A stretch of DNA of 45,607 bases from Atractiella rhizophila (taxonomy: Eukaryota), in contig MU271550.1 of the NCBI GenBank assembly GCA_021432655.1, positions 1 through 45,607 of the forward strand, given 5' to 3'. Position numbers and translations under genes: made by a program. Positions 1-12,700 of the stretch are shown piece after piece (position 1 is the first letter of the stretch; every line of letters starts with the position of its first letter). The notes under the pieces were generated by a model that saw only the letters and a list, made by a program, of their open reading frames with translations, ran no database searches and was not told the origin of the DNA.

Positions 1-483
1 TGTGACATACCTTGTGTCCAAACTTGCAATTTCCCTTCACAAACCATTGACAAACGGACTTCCCTTGTCCGGGCTCTGGCAAATTGTGCGAGAATGGACA
101 GGAGGCGCCAGCAGCACATGCCCCGACTTTGAAAAATTTGCATGGTACGTGGGAGAGATCTTTGGCTATTCCACAGAAAACCAAACAGACGTTGGAATCA
201 GTGACTGTCTTCGCTGCGAAAGCAACAGGAAACAGAAAAAGAACACGATGACCCCATGCTAAGAATAAGAGCAGCACTCACGAAGGCCAGTGGCAGAATA
301 ACTCAAGTTCTTATAGTTGTTGGAATGTTTCCTTCGATGTCCCTTGGACGAAGGATCCATTTGGAAAGAAGGGAATTCCGTAGAAAAGAGAGACCCGAGT
401 TTATCAAGGTCGCAATCAGGTGGCAAAGACATAAAGTCATCATCTCCAAGCTCCGACGCCATCTTGTCGTTCAGAGCAACCAT
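1..483 (-). CDS. cps3: Tandem CCCH zinc-finger protein, Cps3/Lee1-like (5' part; runs off the window's left edge)
   Basis: Exon 165..11 translates KDLSHVPCKFFKVGACAAGASCPFSHNLPEPGQGKSVCQWFVKGNCKFGHK, followed by a GTATGT donor. This is one complete CCCH finger plus most of a second. The upstream exon starts at ATG 483 (MVALNDKMAS...) and ends at a GTGAGT donor at 281. The ORF track misses the zinc-finger exon. Confidence 0.85.
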
Positions 484-1664
484 TCCTCCTCCTCTTGGTG
501 GCAAAATCAATGTTATAACGTCTAATAGGGGTGCTGAGGTACTTGGAATTTGAGGTCTGCTGAAGGATAAGGGATAAAATAAGACTAATGCAACGGATGA
601 ATGCAGGGGCTGCAAAATTCGATTTGATGCGTTGGTGGCTGGAACAGGGGTCTCCTTAGCTCGGGGATTACGAGGTTCGCGTATTTATCAGTCGGAGTCT
701 CAAAAGAGCGTGTCATCTGACTCGCTGTTGACCGCTGAACTTTAATGGTCATCCCAACTCTTAATTGGATCGATGTCAAAAACCAATCGATCAATCAAAT
801 CTCGATAAAACGGTCCAGAAATTGTGATCCAAAGACTCTTCTAAGAGGCTCGTAAGGACACGTGATGAGCGCTTTTGAAAGGGATGCCGGACGCCCGATC
901 ACAACTTCTTTCTTCTCACCCGAACCCGCAACTAGTGATGTTAAGGACGTTGGTCACGACATCTGCTAGATTTGGTGATTGGGAGAGATAGAAGTAAAAG
1001 TGTGGGGCAATCACAACTTCAACATGCAAACCGAAAGAACAAACAGAGAGGGATATTGGGATCAAGATTCCGTTATCGTTGAGAAAACCATCTCCGGACA
1101 CAGTAAACATCCTCCGAAAGTTCCCACGGTCCCCATATCATCCTGGAAGAAAGCAAAGATAAGGGAAGCCTCACCTTTGCTGGAGTTGCCTTGATTCCCT
1201 GTATGGTTCTCGTCATGATTGTCACCTCCCATCTTGCGATGAAATATTCAGCTTCCACCTCTAATTGAGCCTGATCGTTTGAGAGCGGTTTTGAAAGCAA
1301 TGAAAGACGTTTTGACGGTCTTGTTCGATGAACAGGAAGTGGAACGAATGCTTCCTTTTGCGACAAGATTTTGCCCAACGCGAATTGTGATTTTGAGATG
1401 ATGAGTCGATATTTAAGATGATGGAGAAAAGCTGAGCAATGCGGTCAGACGAAGAAAGGAGCCAGGTAGAAGTGTACTTTTGAGACTTCTGTTGAGAATC
1501 TTCGTCGAAACTGGTTGAAACTTTGGAAAGGGTGGTCTCGTTTGCGGTTCCGCTCACTCAACCAACCAAACCAACCAAAACAACCTCGACTGTGCCAAAG
1601 AGACGATCAACCATTTCGAGCACTGTTTGGGTCAAAATCTTGAGCTTGGAAACTAGAAAATATT

Positions 1665-2960
1665 ATGCAAAGTGAGCCATTCCAATGTTGCAATTTTGCT
1701 GCTGATCATTGTACAAACACAGGTTTAGTCTCCTCCTACGCATACTCAGACGAAGAAGTGGAACAATCGACTTCTACGAGCACCTATCCACCTCCTCGTA
1801 ACCCCCCCCAGTCCCAAAGATCATTAGGGAAGGAGCGGGAGAAGCTTGGAGTGACCACCAAATCCAAGCGTGCTCGAAATGCGAAAGAAGCTGAGGAGGA
1901 TGAGGAAGGAAAATTTAGGAGATTGAGTTTAGAGCAGAAGGAGCGCCATGATGTGCGTTCTCTTTATCAATGGAATAGAAGGGAAAATCAGGAATGGGTT
2001 TCGTGCCGCTACTCTCCATTCGACTCTATCGACTGATAACCGCAATTGGCCCATGACTTTGGATGCCTTGGATTTTCAACTTGCACTTTCCGTGTTCGGT
2101 GTCGCAACCCTCTTTCTGGAATTGCATGTTCGTATTCACATCCCAGAGTGGACCGAGAGGTTTGTGTCCCACTTTATCGAAATTTGCTGTATACTAAACT
2201 TCAGCAGAGAGGTCGCCTCCGCCTTCGAAAAATGACGCTTCGGAAGACATGGATATCTCGCCGGGCACCCATCCTGCCGCTCTCCCTTTCGATTCCCCGA
2301 ACCCAACCGTTACGAATACCCTTGCTACCTACGAGATCTCACCCACTCCCACCTCTGGCTGGTCTCTCGAGCTCGAAGGAAAGCTCGCGAACTTCCACTC
2401 CCTTCGCGCGCAAGGGACGTATTTCAACGACTCTTTATTGCGCAACAAAGCCTTCCGAAATCCGAACATTTATCCCAAGCTCGTCCAACTGCTTGATATT
2501 GACGAAACTGGCACCGGCTTTCGGAAGGAGGTATGGGATGCGGAGGGGTTTAAGAGGTCCGGATGCGATTCCGTGCGACTCGGTAAGCTTTTTACCCTTC
2601 TTCCTTTGAACACTACGTTTGTCGTGCTAATTCTTGGCACGTGTGTCGATGTGTCTAGGCGAAATGCAGAAAGAACGGGAGGAAGAGAGGGAGAGGGAGA
2701 AAAAGCGCGACCGTGAGAAAGGCGCAGGGATCCGTTTTGTGACTTCTTCGACAAGAGATGGAGATGACCGCGATGACGATGGAAAGGATAAGAAAAAGTC
2801 GAGATGGGATCAACCTAGTCGACGGAAGGAAAAAGAAAAAGATCGGGAAAAGGATAGGGCCAGAGAGAGGGATAGGGATAGGGAAAGCTACAGAGATAGG
2901 GACAGAGATAGAGAGCGGCGAAGAGAGAAGGAGAGGGAGAGAAGCCCAAGGAGAAGGTGA
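1665..2960 (+). CDS. SAP30BP: SAP30-binding protein / HCNGP-like protein (spliced)
   Basis: The N-terminus reads MQ/SLVSSYAYSDEE across a GTGAGC..CAG intron. The core motif is FNDSLLRNKAFRNPNIYPKLVQLLDIDETGT..F..EVWD. It also has KKKSRWD and an RD/RE-rich tail ending at TGA 2960. Internal exon structure over 1953-2204 is uncertain (possible 13-nt exon 2147-2159). Confidence 0.85.
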
Positions 2961-3559
2961 GCGATCAGATCGCTTTGTGGTATATTTCTGTCTCCTTTTC
3001 TTAGCTGCGCCAAAATTCATCCACTATCTGATGAAGATGTTCTCCATAATGCAGAAAAGATGCTATGCTCGTAAAAGCAAATGCAGATGAACTACGACCG
3101 TCTCCCCTTGACTTCAAATGACTTCAAATCTTTGCTACTTATGTCTGCTTGATATATTTCTCACCCGACATGGAGGAGCAATTGTAAACCTCTCTTTGAA
3201 GCACTTTCATGATGAGGTGGCACAACTGTCACAGAGCTGCTCCTAACGATCTCTTTTTTTGTATTACCGCAACGTGTTAGACTTAATAACAGCGTGCACG
3301 AGCTGGAATGAGAGTAGAACTGCGGAGAGCTATAATTCAAGGGTTACCTAACACTTTCAAATGTCTGTAGTGTTAGCAGGCTTTACCAGTGAATTTAGAA
3401 TTGATGCGAAGAGCGAACTGTAGACGCAAAGGGTCTGTTGAAGTTGAACTGTTGCACCGACCAGTCCGAGCTATGTCGAATTCGGTCAGATTGCAGAGCA
3501 GAGCAGGATGGCGCGAGCGGCGTTACCAATCGCCGAACTTCTCCTGAGTCATGGTCATG

Positions 3560-3582
3560 TTCTCGCACATTCCAGCAGCTTC
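3560..3582 (+). promoter_or_regulatory. Step-type heat-shock element upstream of the BAG gene
   Basis: TTCtcGCAcaTTCcaGCAgcTTC: three TTC units at a 10-bp period, with GCA at the GAA positions. It lies ~60 bp upstream of the TATA box of a co-chaperone gene. Confidence 0.55.
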
Positions 3583-3638
3583 TCTCGCCTCGCAAGCCTC
3601 GTCAGTCAGCTTCGAGACTCGTCAGCGTCATTATGAGG

Positions 3639-3645
3639 TATATAA
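3639..3645 (+). promoter_or_regulatory. TATA box of the BAG gene
   Basis: TATATAA ~90 bp upstream of ATG 3734. Confidence 0.6.
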
Positions 3646-3733
3646 GACGGTCCAAGCTGCCATCCTACCCCTCATCCAACCAACTCAGCAACCAATCCGA
3701 TAACAAACCCACGCAACAATCTATCTCATAGCC

Positions 3734-5362
3734 ATGTTTCGATTCCCGTCGACATATTTCTCTCAACCTGAGCCTTCGGCACTAGATTTTGGATACTCTC
3801 GTCCTTCGAGCAGACAGTATTCTTATCAGGACTTCGACTCTTTCCGAAGGTCCCAAGAAATTGAGCGATTAATACGCGAACAGCAAGTGCGATATCAACG
3901 CGAACAAGAGGAATTGAGGCGTCGGCGAGAGTTGGAAGCGGAGGAGGAGATGAAGCGTCTATGGATATCAGAGATGAGGCGTCGGGAGCAGGAAGAGGCG
4001 AAGAGGAAGTGGATTGCGGAGATGCAACGACGAGAAATAGAGGCGGCGAGGGAGGCAAGGAGGCGATATATTGAGCAAGAAGAAAGGCGAAAGCGGGCAA
4101 GATTTGAGGATGAGGCTTTGAGGTTATTGGCTCAAGAGAAGAGGAGGATCGAGAGGGAGGAAGAAGCCGAAGCTCGTAGAAACCAAAGGGAGGATGGCAT
4201 CGAGGGCATTTTCAAGCTGCTCTGTTTCGGTCCATCTTTTGACGCTCCATCACCAGCAGCGCCACAACAATCGAAGTCTGTTCCAACGTCAAAGAAGACG
4301 AAGCCCCAACCGGCAGTGGTCTTTGTCGGAAATCAAGCACAGAAGGTACCTACACAAACGTGCGCTGTCCCTTCCCCACCACACTCTCCTATTCCAGACC
4401 TCGTCCCGACTGCGACTTCTGTTCACTTGGCCAAGATTGCGAGCAAGTTGACAACTCTGGCCTCAACCGTTTTGCCTTCCGCGTCAACTCTGCACCTCAC
4501 TTCTCCCACCATAGGATTCCACCAGTCCAACGTGGCCCATTTGACCCAGAAGGAACAGCTTGAGAAGCTTTTGCTGGAGTTAGATGGAATTGACAGTGAA
4601 GGAAAGGAGGAAGTGAGGAAGGAGAGGAAAAGATTGGTGCTAAGAGCGGAAGAAGCATTGGAAGAGTTGGAGCAGAAGGTGAAAGCAGAATGGGAAACGA
4701 GGCATAAGCGTGATGGTCCGTACATGTTTGCTCTTCTATGGAAAGCCGCTGACAGACCCCATAGAAGAAACTCGAGATCCCGAGGCTGCCTCTACTGTCG
4801 AGCCTTCCTCCGCAGAAGAAAAGTCAGAGAATAGCCAGAAGCCTGCAGAGAAGGAAGTCGTTGAGACTGTTGCCGTAACGTCCGCTGTGGAAGGTGAGTT
4901 TTCCACTATAGTTGCACTTGTCCAAATTCTGATGGTACACAAACAGTGGCGGACACAGAGCCAGAGCCGAGCAAGAATAAAACGATCAGTATCCCCATCG
5001 ACTTCGTCGAAAGCAAGCGTACTACTGACGAATCAGTAAAGAAGACAGCCGAGGAAGACGATGAGTCGACGGGACAACCTAGTGCGAGTGGTGAGGTCGA
5101 AGGCTACGAGGTTCCCTTTCAAGAAAGCGAACAAGGCCCCAAGATCTACGATATGGGCCAGAGAGAACAAGGACAAGATGACGATGTCTCTTCCACTGCA
5201 GAAACTGAAGACTTGGCGTTGGACGAGAAAATGAGCGCCGGCGTGGTCATGGTGGCCACTGTCGAGTCAGAAAAGGAAGAAGAGGAGTTGTCAAAAGGGA
5301 ATTCTGGTGTTGAAGCGGAAGGGAAAAGGAAGGATGAGGGAGAGTACTACTTTGTTTCTTGA
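3734..5362 (+). CDS. BAG-domain Hsp70 co-chaperone with E/R-rich helical N-terminal region and acidic C-terminal tail
   Basis: The BAG signature is EQLEKLLLELDGIDSEGKEEVRKERKRLVLRAEEALEELE. Introns at about 4716-4764 and 4893-4946 join ORFs 3734, 4710 and 4946. Stop at 5362. Confidence 0.85.
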
Positions 5363-6548
5363 TGTATTATCGTGCTGATTATTGGGACATTGTTTACATT
5401 GTACTTTTATCACTGCAATTTGGATATCACTGCAATTTGGAATTTGTGCTGTCATCGTATAAAATAGCAAGTGAACCAGGATGAACAAGTTTCGAGTATC
5501 GTGCAGCTTCAATATCTCCAATGTTCATTGAGGGGGATCAAGAACTAGAGCTCACGAGAGAAATAACAGGGTGATGTAGCCACAAGTAGAGAAGAGTGTT
5601 GAAACCACGATAACCAGCGATAGCAGCATTTCGTCTACAATGGAATTAACTACGAGTAGAAGAACCAAGTGAGCAGTCTAAAGAGCACAGTATTTGGAGT
5701 AGAGGACGTTGTGAAAACAGGCTGAAGTACAAGATTAGATGATGAGATGGTCAAGCCCCTTTCCCATTTATGACGAAACTGTATAAAATACTCTCCCTCA
5801 AAGAATGAACCGGTTCACCAAGGCCATGAGCTAACGGCTTCCAGTTCATCACCCAACTAAGCTTGGCCCCTTGGACATAGACTCAGGGGCTTGAAGAACT
5901 TTGTCCCCTTTCTATTCGTTTCCCCAGTTTCGGGCCTTCGCCTTGTACTCCAGCAGCAGTCTGGCAGGAGCTCAGAGGCAGAACATCTTGGGATCAGCTC
6001 CTGCAATGTTTTCCTGCAAATTGCTGCCTTATGGTAATGCAAAGCGGTTACCGATTCTCGGCGTGGTCAGAGAAGGAGAAGGGCTGTGTGCGAGGACAAA
6101 GAGGTCCAAGGTCCAAGGAAAATGTCCACCTGTTCTCAGCATGTCATCTTTCCTTCCTCCTCCTGAATTGCGTTGGTCTAAAGATCATTCTTTACGATCG
6201 GTCATATTCATCAGCAATTTCCAAGCACCGGGTGATTCCTTCAGGTCGCGTGGGAAGACGTGGGTTGATAGGAGTGTGATAAAGTGGTGTCCCGCTGACT
6301 CCACGGTGCAATCGATTGCAATCAGCTCCTCATCCCACAAGGTACTGCACCGAATAGTTTCCCTCCCTCTAGCGTGCTCGTGGAGGAACTTAGTATTCGT
6401 TATTGTCGTTGTTCTAGTGGGCGGGCTGGGACCATTATAAAACGACGCTAATGCTCCTTCCCGCCTTTCGCTCTGTCTCCAAGAGCTCGAGCCTTTCTCT
6501 TAACAGCTAAGCTCCTCTTGAGACCCCTGGAAACTCCATCTTTTCACC

Positions 6549-8047
6549 ATGAGGTTCCTATCTTCTCTTCTGTCGCTTGCCACTCTGGCAGCTGCTGTTC
6601 CCGCAAGCGTTGAGCTGCTGAAGCGGGTCGATACCACGGTCAAACGGAACATTGTCTTCGTCCAGACTTTCCACGACACTTCTGGAAACCCGCTTTCTCT
6701 TCTTCCTCTCCTCAACGAAGGAACAGGAATCACGCACATCATTCTCGCTTCCGTGCACTTGAACGATGATCCTCGTAAGCTTCTGCGTTCCCGTCTTCCC
6801 CAATCGTGACTCAAAGAAAACTCAAGACGACATTCACCTGAATGACAATCCACCATCAGATCCCATGTTCGATCAGACTTGGCGGGAGGTTAAACAGTTG
6901 CAGGCTGCTGGTATCAAAGTCATGGCCTTGCTTGGAGGGTGGTGAGTACAACTTTAGATCGAATGACAAACTTGTGCTAACCAGAACGCAGGGGAGATGG
7001 CAGCTGGGGACATCTGAACTCCGACGTGTGTCGTGCCTTCTTTGCTTGCTTTTGAGACTCACCTCCCTACAAAGTTCGATGCGTACTATCGCCCTCTCGT
7101 TGATGAATTTATCAAGCCATTTGGTCTCGATGGCCTTGATCTCGACATTGAATCACCTCAATCTGTCGACCTTCCGTATGCCGCTGTTTTCACTTGCTCC
7201 AGTCGCGAAAACTAAGTTTGAGATAATAGGCTTCGAATTCTGACCTCTCTCTACAACGACATGGGACCGAACTTCATCCTGAGTGCGTGTGATCTCTTCC
7301 TTCTAGCTCTTCTCTTCTCAGAGTTGGTTCTAGCCCTCGCACCTGTCGCCTCTGCCCTGGCTAGCGAAACCGGTGGAGATCTGTCTGGGTTCTCCTACTT
7401 CGAGCTCGATCAGCGCGCCGTTGTCCCCGGTACCACCACGAAGCTCGTCTCTTGGTACAATGCGCAATTCTACAGCGGTTTCGGAAACCCCAGCACGCCA
7501 GCTTACTACCGCTCCATCATTAATGCAGGCTGGGACCCGTTGCGTGTCGTCTTGGGCGTTCTCGTCAACCCCAACGACGGAAACGGATGGTATCCCCTCG
7601 CGGTCTATCAGAGCACCGTCACTCAGCTCGTCACACAATATTCCAATTTCGGAGGAGTCTTTGGAGTACGTCGTTCGCCTTCTCTTCTAAGCGCCACTGA
7701 TGCCCGTCATGCACTTCAAGTGGGAATATTGGGATGCAGGAGCTCGCGATGGCCTTCAATATCCCTGGCAATGGGTGAAGGCGATTGGCCAATCACTCGG
7801 CCGGGCAACAGCACGCATGATACGTTCTCTCCTCTCCATGGTGGTGCGCGACGTTCCAGTCACGCCTTTCGCAAACCTCCCTTACCCCGCGGCGCCGTTC
7901 CCCAACTCTTCATTCAGCGAATTGACGAGCAAAGGTGCAACACATTACGAGGCACTGAGGGCTTTGAACTTGACTGAAGGGAATGTTCCTGCGGCCGAAG
8001 AAATCTTGAAGGAGCAAATTGGGGACGCTTTCAGGATTGCAACTTGA
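6549..8047 (+). CDS. GH18 endo-beta-N-acetylglucosaminidase (Endo T/Eng18-like) with signal peptide and C-terminal UBA-like domain
   Basis: Signal peptide MRFLSSLLSLATLAAA, then LLKR. Family motifs QTFH...LSLLPL, THIILASVHLN, IHLND, GIKVMALLGG, catalytic LDGLDLDIE, LAPVASAL, LSGFSYFELD, WYNAQFYSGFG and FGGVFG/WEY. TATAAAA near 6436. Confidence 0.85.
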
Positions 8048-8614
8048 GAAGCGAATCGGGAGAGTGAATGTAACGATTCAGTTGTTTATTTATCACAAGG
8101 TGTGCGTTGGGAAATATCATGAATGATCAGAAAGATTATCTGTTGGCACTCAGTACTCAGTGTCGTTCGATCAGTCCCACAATAGGATATCGTCTATCGT
8201 CTACGGGAGCAGCAACATTAGAGCAAATCTGCAGCATCAGCATCTTGCAGTATTTGCAAGTTCACGGGCTCACCAAGCCCAACTGAAGTATCCCTCCATG
8301 CTGAAAACACAAGAAATCCAGTATTTCATGGGATCCTCTGAGTCCGTTCAACCATTTTTGGTCTCTCCTGCACCAGAGGAAGTAAGAAAGGGAAGGGAAG
8401 GACACACTGTCGGCCTCATCGGTTTCTTGCTTTATCCGTCTCGCCCTGAAGATGTTCTAGAACCTCATACCACCAAACTGAACCCTACCTGCCCATAATA
8501 ACTCTAACAGTCTGCTTTCAGACGTCGAATTCAGACTTTGGTGTCCAGGCGTGTGGACGTCCAGTAACAATCATTAATCGCCGCCAGCAGCCGCTTGAAC
8601 CCAATCTTCCATCG

Positions 8615-9495
8615 ATGTTCTCCCTCGAGACAATCCGCTCATCCATCGACCAAGCCTACACCTGGCTAGACGAATTCGCAAAGGCACATCCGTACCAAGT
8701 CTTCTTCCATCTCGCCTTCTGCACCTTTCTCGCCTTCTACTTATTCTCTTACGAACACCCAAAGAAACTACAGGAAGCAATGGCCTCCAATTCCAACCCC
8801 GCTGCAGCTCAAAGCGTGGCCAACAGTGGTGCCAAGGGTCCCACCGCCCCTCTTCCAAAGCCTAAGGATGACCCCATTCCTGCTGCTGAGTGCGTTCTTC
8901 CTTCCGTTGGGATTCCGGTGGAAGTGACTGTTCTCTTGTCTTCAAGCTTGAAGAAGTATGATGGCTCCGATCCTAGTCTGCCAGTATACGTAGCCATCAA
9001 AGGTGCGGTGTCCTTGCGCCGTGCACGAATGAGAGGAGACGCTGATATGTGTTACAGGCAAAGTTTTTGACGTCTCATCTAACCGAGAAGCGTATGGCAA
9101 GTCCTCACTTCCTCCTTCATATCGAGCCCTAAACATCTATTCCCTCAGCTCCTGGCGCCGGCTACAATGTCAGTACTGCTAGCTCGACTCTTATCGCACT
9201 AAGATTAACGAAATTGTCGTAGATTTTTGCTGGCCGAGATGGTTCAAAAGCATTGGGCAAATCGTCTCTGAAGGCCGAAGATGCCATTGCTGATTATTCG
9301 GAGTTTGTTTCTGATTCATAACTCGAACCCTTCCGTGTCTGATGATCGAACCACAGTTTGGATTCCAAAGAACTCAAGGTGCTGGATGACTGGGTACTTT
9401 TCTTCGAGAAGAGGTACGTCCAGCCCATCATGGCGACATCATCAGTTGCTCAGCAGTGAAACAGGTATCCCATTGTCGGAAGGGTTGTCAACTAG
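8615..9495 (+). CDS. DAP1: Cytochrome b5-like heme/steroid-binding protein (MAPR family, Dap1/PGRMC)
   Basis: N-terminal TM helix (YQVFFHLAFCTFLAFYLFSY). The spliced core reads LKKYDGSDPSLPVYVAIKG-KVFDVS..REAY-APGAGYN-IFAGRDGSKALGKSSLK..DDWVLFFEKR-YPIVGRVVN*. Confidence 0.9.
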
Positions 9496-9710
9496 TTTAT
9501 GTCCTTATATTCCGCATTGTATTTGAAGGTATAAGCAGGGCAGCTCAGCGTATTCGCTTTGATAAATATAAACTTCTTTGACATTTGACATTTGATGATG
9601 GTATCATTGTAATTCAATACAAACATTTCCTCTGCTCCTTCATTGGGCTCCCGCATGGTTTAGCAACAGTAATCAACGTAATCAACGGACCACCGAGCCG
9701 TCGCTTTCAA

Positions 9711-12700
9711 TCACCAGTCGTCGTCGTCGTCCACGGCGCTGCTACCCTTAGGCACGACTTTTCCATCTCGAATCTCCTCTCCATCATCATCATCCTTCGC
9801 CATCTTGAATATGCGATCCATAAAAGCCTCCTGCTTCTGACTCTCCGTAACGACAGGTCCAGCCGCAATCTGCGCTCCCACAACGATCATTCAACATCGA
9901 GCCAGCACGGCGCTACTCAGAGCAATCTGGGAGAAACATACCTTGGCCCGCGTATTGACCACCATTGTACTTTCTGGTGCTTCGGAAACAGGACGCATCC
10001 CTTCAGGTTGCATATTCACCAGAGGTTGAGTCTTATTGTGACCCGCCAGCCACTCGTCCGGGGAGACTGTGGACATGCGTGTGTCTGCAGTGGGTACGAA
10101 GATATCGTTTTGGAAGAATTCGCCCTTGTTTTGTCGAGGCAAGGTCAGAACCGATGAATCCCAAGAAGAAAAACTGCACCTTTGCCCGCGGAACAGTGAA
10201 CGAGACAGCTTGCACGGATGTTGGAGTAAGTCGGAAGGCTTTCAGGATCTCCACTTTCTTAACGTCCACTTCGAGTTTCGGAAGGAAGGACCAGCCACTC
10301 TGAAGGGTGCCATGGTCAAATGATGGGAGTTTGAAGAGGTGTGGTTTCGTATCTGGCTGTGCTTCGAAGCAGTATAGAGTCCGTTCGCCACCTAAACTTA
10401 TGTCAGCTTTGGAGTCGAATGACAAATGGATGACGAACGAGAGAAAGCGAAAACAATCTTAGTGTCCCAATCTGTGTAAGGAAATAAGATGGCAGGTGAT
10501 ACGTCGAGCATTAACCTGTCAGTGACCTTCGCTTCCTCTCCTTCGACCTTGTAAAGTATCATTTCCCTGTTCGCTGACCTTGAGAAACCAGTCGTGACCA
10601 GGCAATCCTGGCCGAACCAAGCGACTCGAACGACTCTTGGGCTATCGTGTGTCTTGCCAGTGATCATCTTGTCAGGATTTCTAGGATCGAAGATCCGCAA
10701 CACTCGGTCCTTTGTCACCACAGCAATTCTCGTTCCATCAGGCGACCATTCGGCACAGAAGACGCCTCTCCCCTCGTTCACGGGGACTCTCTTCCCAATA
10801 CTTCCATCCGCCGTTTTCCAAACCGTAATCTGGCTTGTTCCTCGATCATGAGAGAGGGACATCAAGAGTCCCTTAACCGTTGGATGACTTCTGATCTCAG
10901 TCACCTTATCCATCCCTCCCTCCAACACGTTCTCGGTCTCTCCTAAATCCCCTGCCTCGGGATCTAGACCATCTTGCGGAATCCTAAACGATCGAATCTT
11001 TCCATCGTCACCAGACACCCACAGCAGATTCTCATCGAACCAATCCCATTCAAAGTCGCTCACGCCCGTACCGGACGTCACAGCTGGAAGAATCGTTGGC
11101 AATCTCCCGGTCTTGTTGATAGCATGCACTCCAACCTTTCCACCAGGTCCAGAGAGCGGGAAAGCCATGAACTTCGTGTTTGTCTTGAATAGCGAGGCAT
11201 CTGGAGACGCGATGGTAGACAGGCCTTTCAGGTCGTCATAGTCGACCTTTAGAGGTGTCTTGCCAGCTAAAAATTTGCGAGACCATGTCGGATTGTAGGG
11301 TTCCGAACCACCCTGAGGTGCAGATCCTGTCGATGGAGCTGATGAAGCGGGAGCTGGAGTAATCGACGATGATGTCTGCTTCAAGGTTTGCAGATTTGTA
11401 GAAGCAGCTTTCTGCTCCGGGATCTGCGCTGCGGAAGGGGATGAGGAGTGTGAAAGGGCGAAAGGAGATTTGGAGGCCACAGACGTTGTGGAAGCAGAAG
11501 TCGTGGTGGATGAAATGGTGGGAGGCGGCGGGGAGCTAACTGATGCTGGAGGCGGAGTACTTTGCACAGGAGCTGATACTTGCGCCGACACTCCTGAACC
11601 TGAAGGAACTGGGGTCGGATTCGGCAGTGTGGATGAGAAGTGCTGTTGTCCTGTTTTTGTTGGGTCCTGAGACTGGAGAAGGGGGGCAGCGTCCTGCCCC
11701 TGCAACCAGGCGGTTGAACCTTGTGCTGCGCCTGTACCCTCATCATAAGTGCAGGAAGGAGCACCAATGGAGAAGACGAACGGCGAGCCTTGATATCGGG
11801 GAAAATGTCGAAATGAAAGTCGATGTATTGCTAAGGCATATCGTGAGCTATTTTCACGTGACAGACAGAAACAAACCCTTTTAGGCACCTGCATGGTGAC
11901 TGCTTTTGCCTTAGCAATCTTGCGTTTAAAACATAAAGGCACAAACCAGGAATAACCGCGTCTGCCGTAGAGAGCAAAAGCCTATTGATCTCTGCCTTCA
12001 TCACATCTATCGTCCTTTTATTCCTAGGTGCGAAAGCGATGCCATTGATGATAGACGGTACAGCAGATGCACCTGTATCATATTCTTTCAACGTGTTCAT
12101 CGTACAATAGGAGCTTACCTTCCGTGAAAACTACTGGCCCGCCGATCTCGACCCATCGCAATGTCATGTCCCCTCTGCCGCCAAGGTACACAACATTCCT
12201 CTCCTCGTCTACTACTGGCATGATCACTCCGGTAGAAGTATCCACCGTCTTATTCTTCACCAGTCCCCCGTCTTGGGATCAAAGAGGGCAATCTGGCGCT
12301 CGCGCAGTTTCGTGAACCCAGTGCAGAATATTTGACCGTCCTTCAAGAGGGCGATACGCGAACATTTGTTCGGTTGAAATGTGCTGTTTATCGACTACTT
12401 CATCTCAGAGAGGAACCCAAACAGATAGAGCAAAAAGGTCTTACTACTACTGGTTTGGTCGTGTCTGACCGTGGATCCCAGATCTTGATGAATGCATCCA
12501 TCCCGGCTGTTACCAACGTTCGGCCATCCTGATGCCTTCTACTTAGCACAATTCTCTCAACTCGCTAGGCAAGAACGTTACCTGGCTCCATGCTGAACTC
12601 CAAATGCCCTTCGAGCCATTGTTGATCGAAAACGCAGGCGCATCTCCAGCCTGTACGTCCCATATGCAAACTGTCTCGGAGGAAGAGGAAGCGAGGAGAT

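Noticed and set aside
484..1620. Short minus-strand ORFs and intron-like signals upstream of the CCCH gene; (AACC)n tract near 1560
   Set aside because: I could not splice them into a coherent or recognisable protein. Probably promoter or 5' UTR sequence.
1953..2146. Possible 194-nt intron in SAP30BP as a snoRNA host
   Set aside because: The exon structure is ambiguous, and I found no C/D or H/ACA boxes or rRNA complement.
2655..3020. Hydrophobic minus-strand ORF
   Set aside because: Antisense shadow of the RD/RE-rich SAP30BP tail.
5408..5441. 17-bp direct repeat tatcactgcaatttgga x2 (also tgacttcaaa x2 near 3109)
   Set aside because: Only two adjacent copies in 3' UTR sequence, consistent with slippage. 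No spacers, so not CRISPR-like, and no element between the copies.
5857..6440. 179-aa and other ORFs between the BAG and ENGase genes
   Set aside because: Non-ATG starts and no motifs. They overlap the ENGase promoter region.
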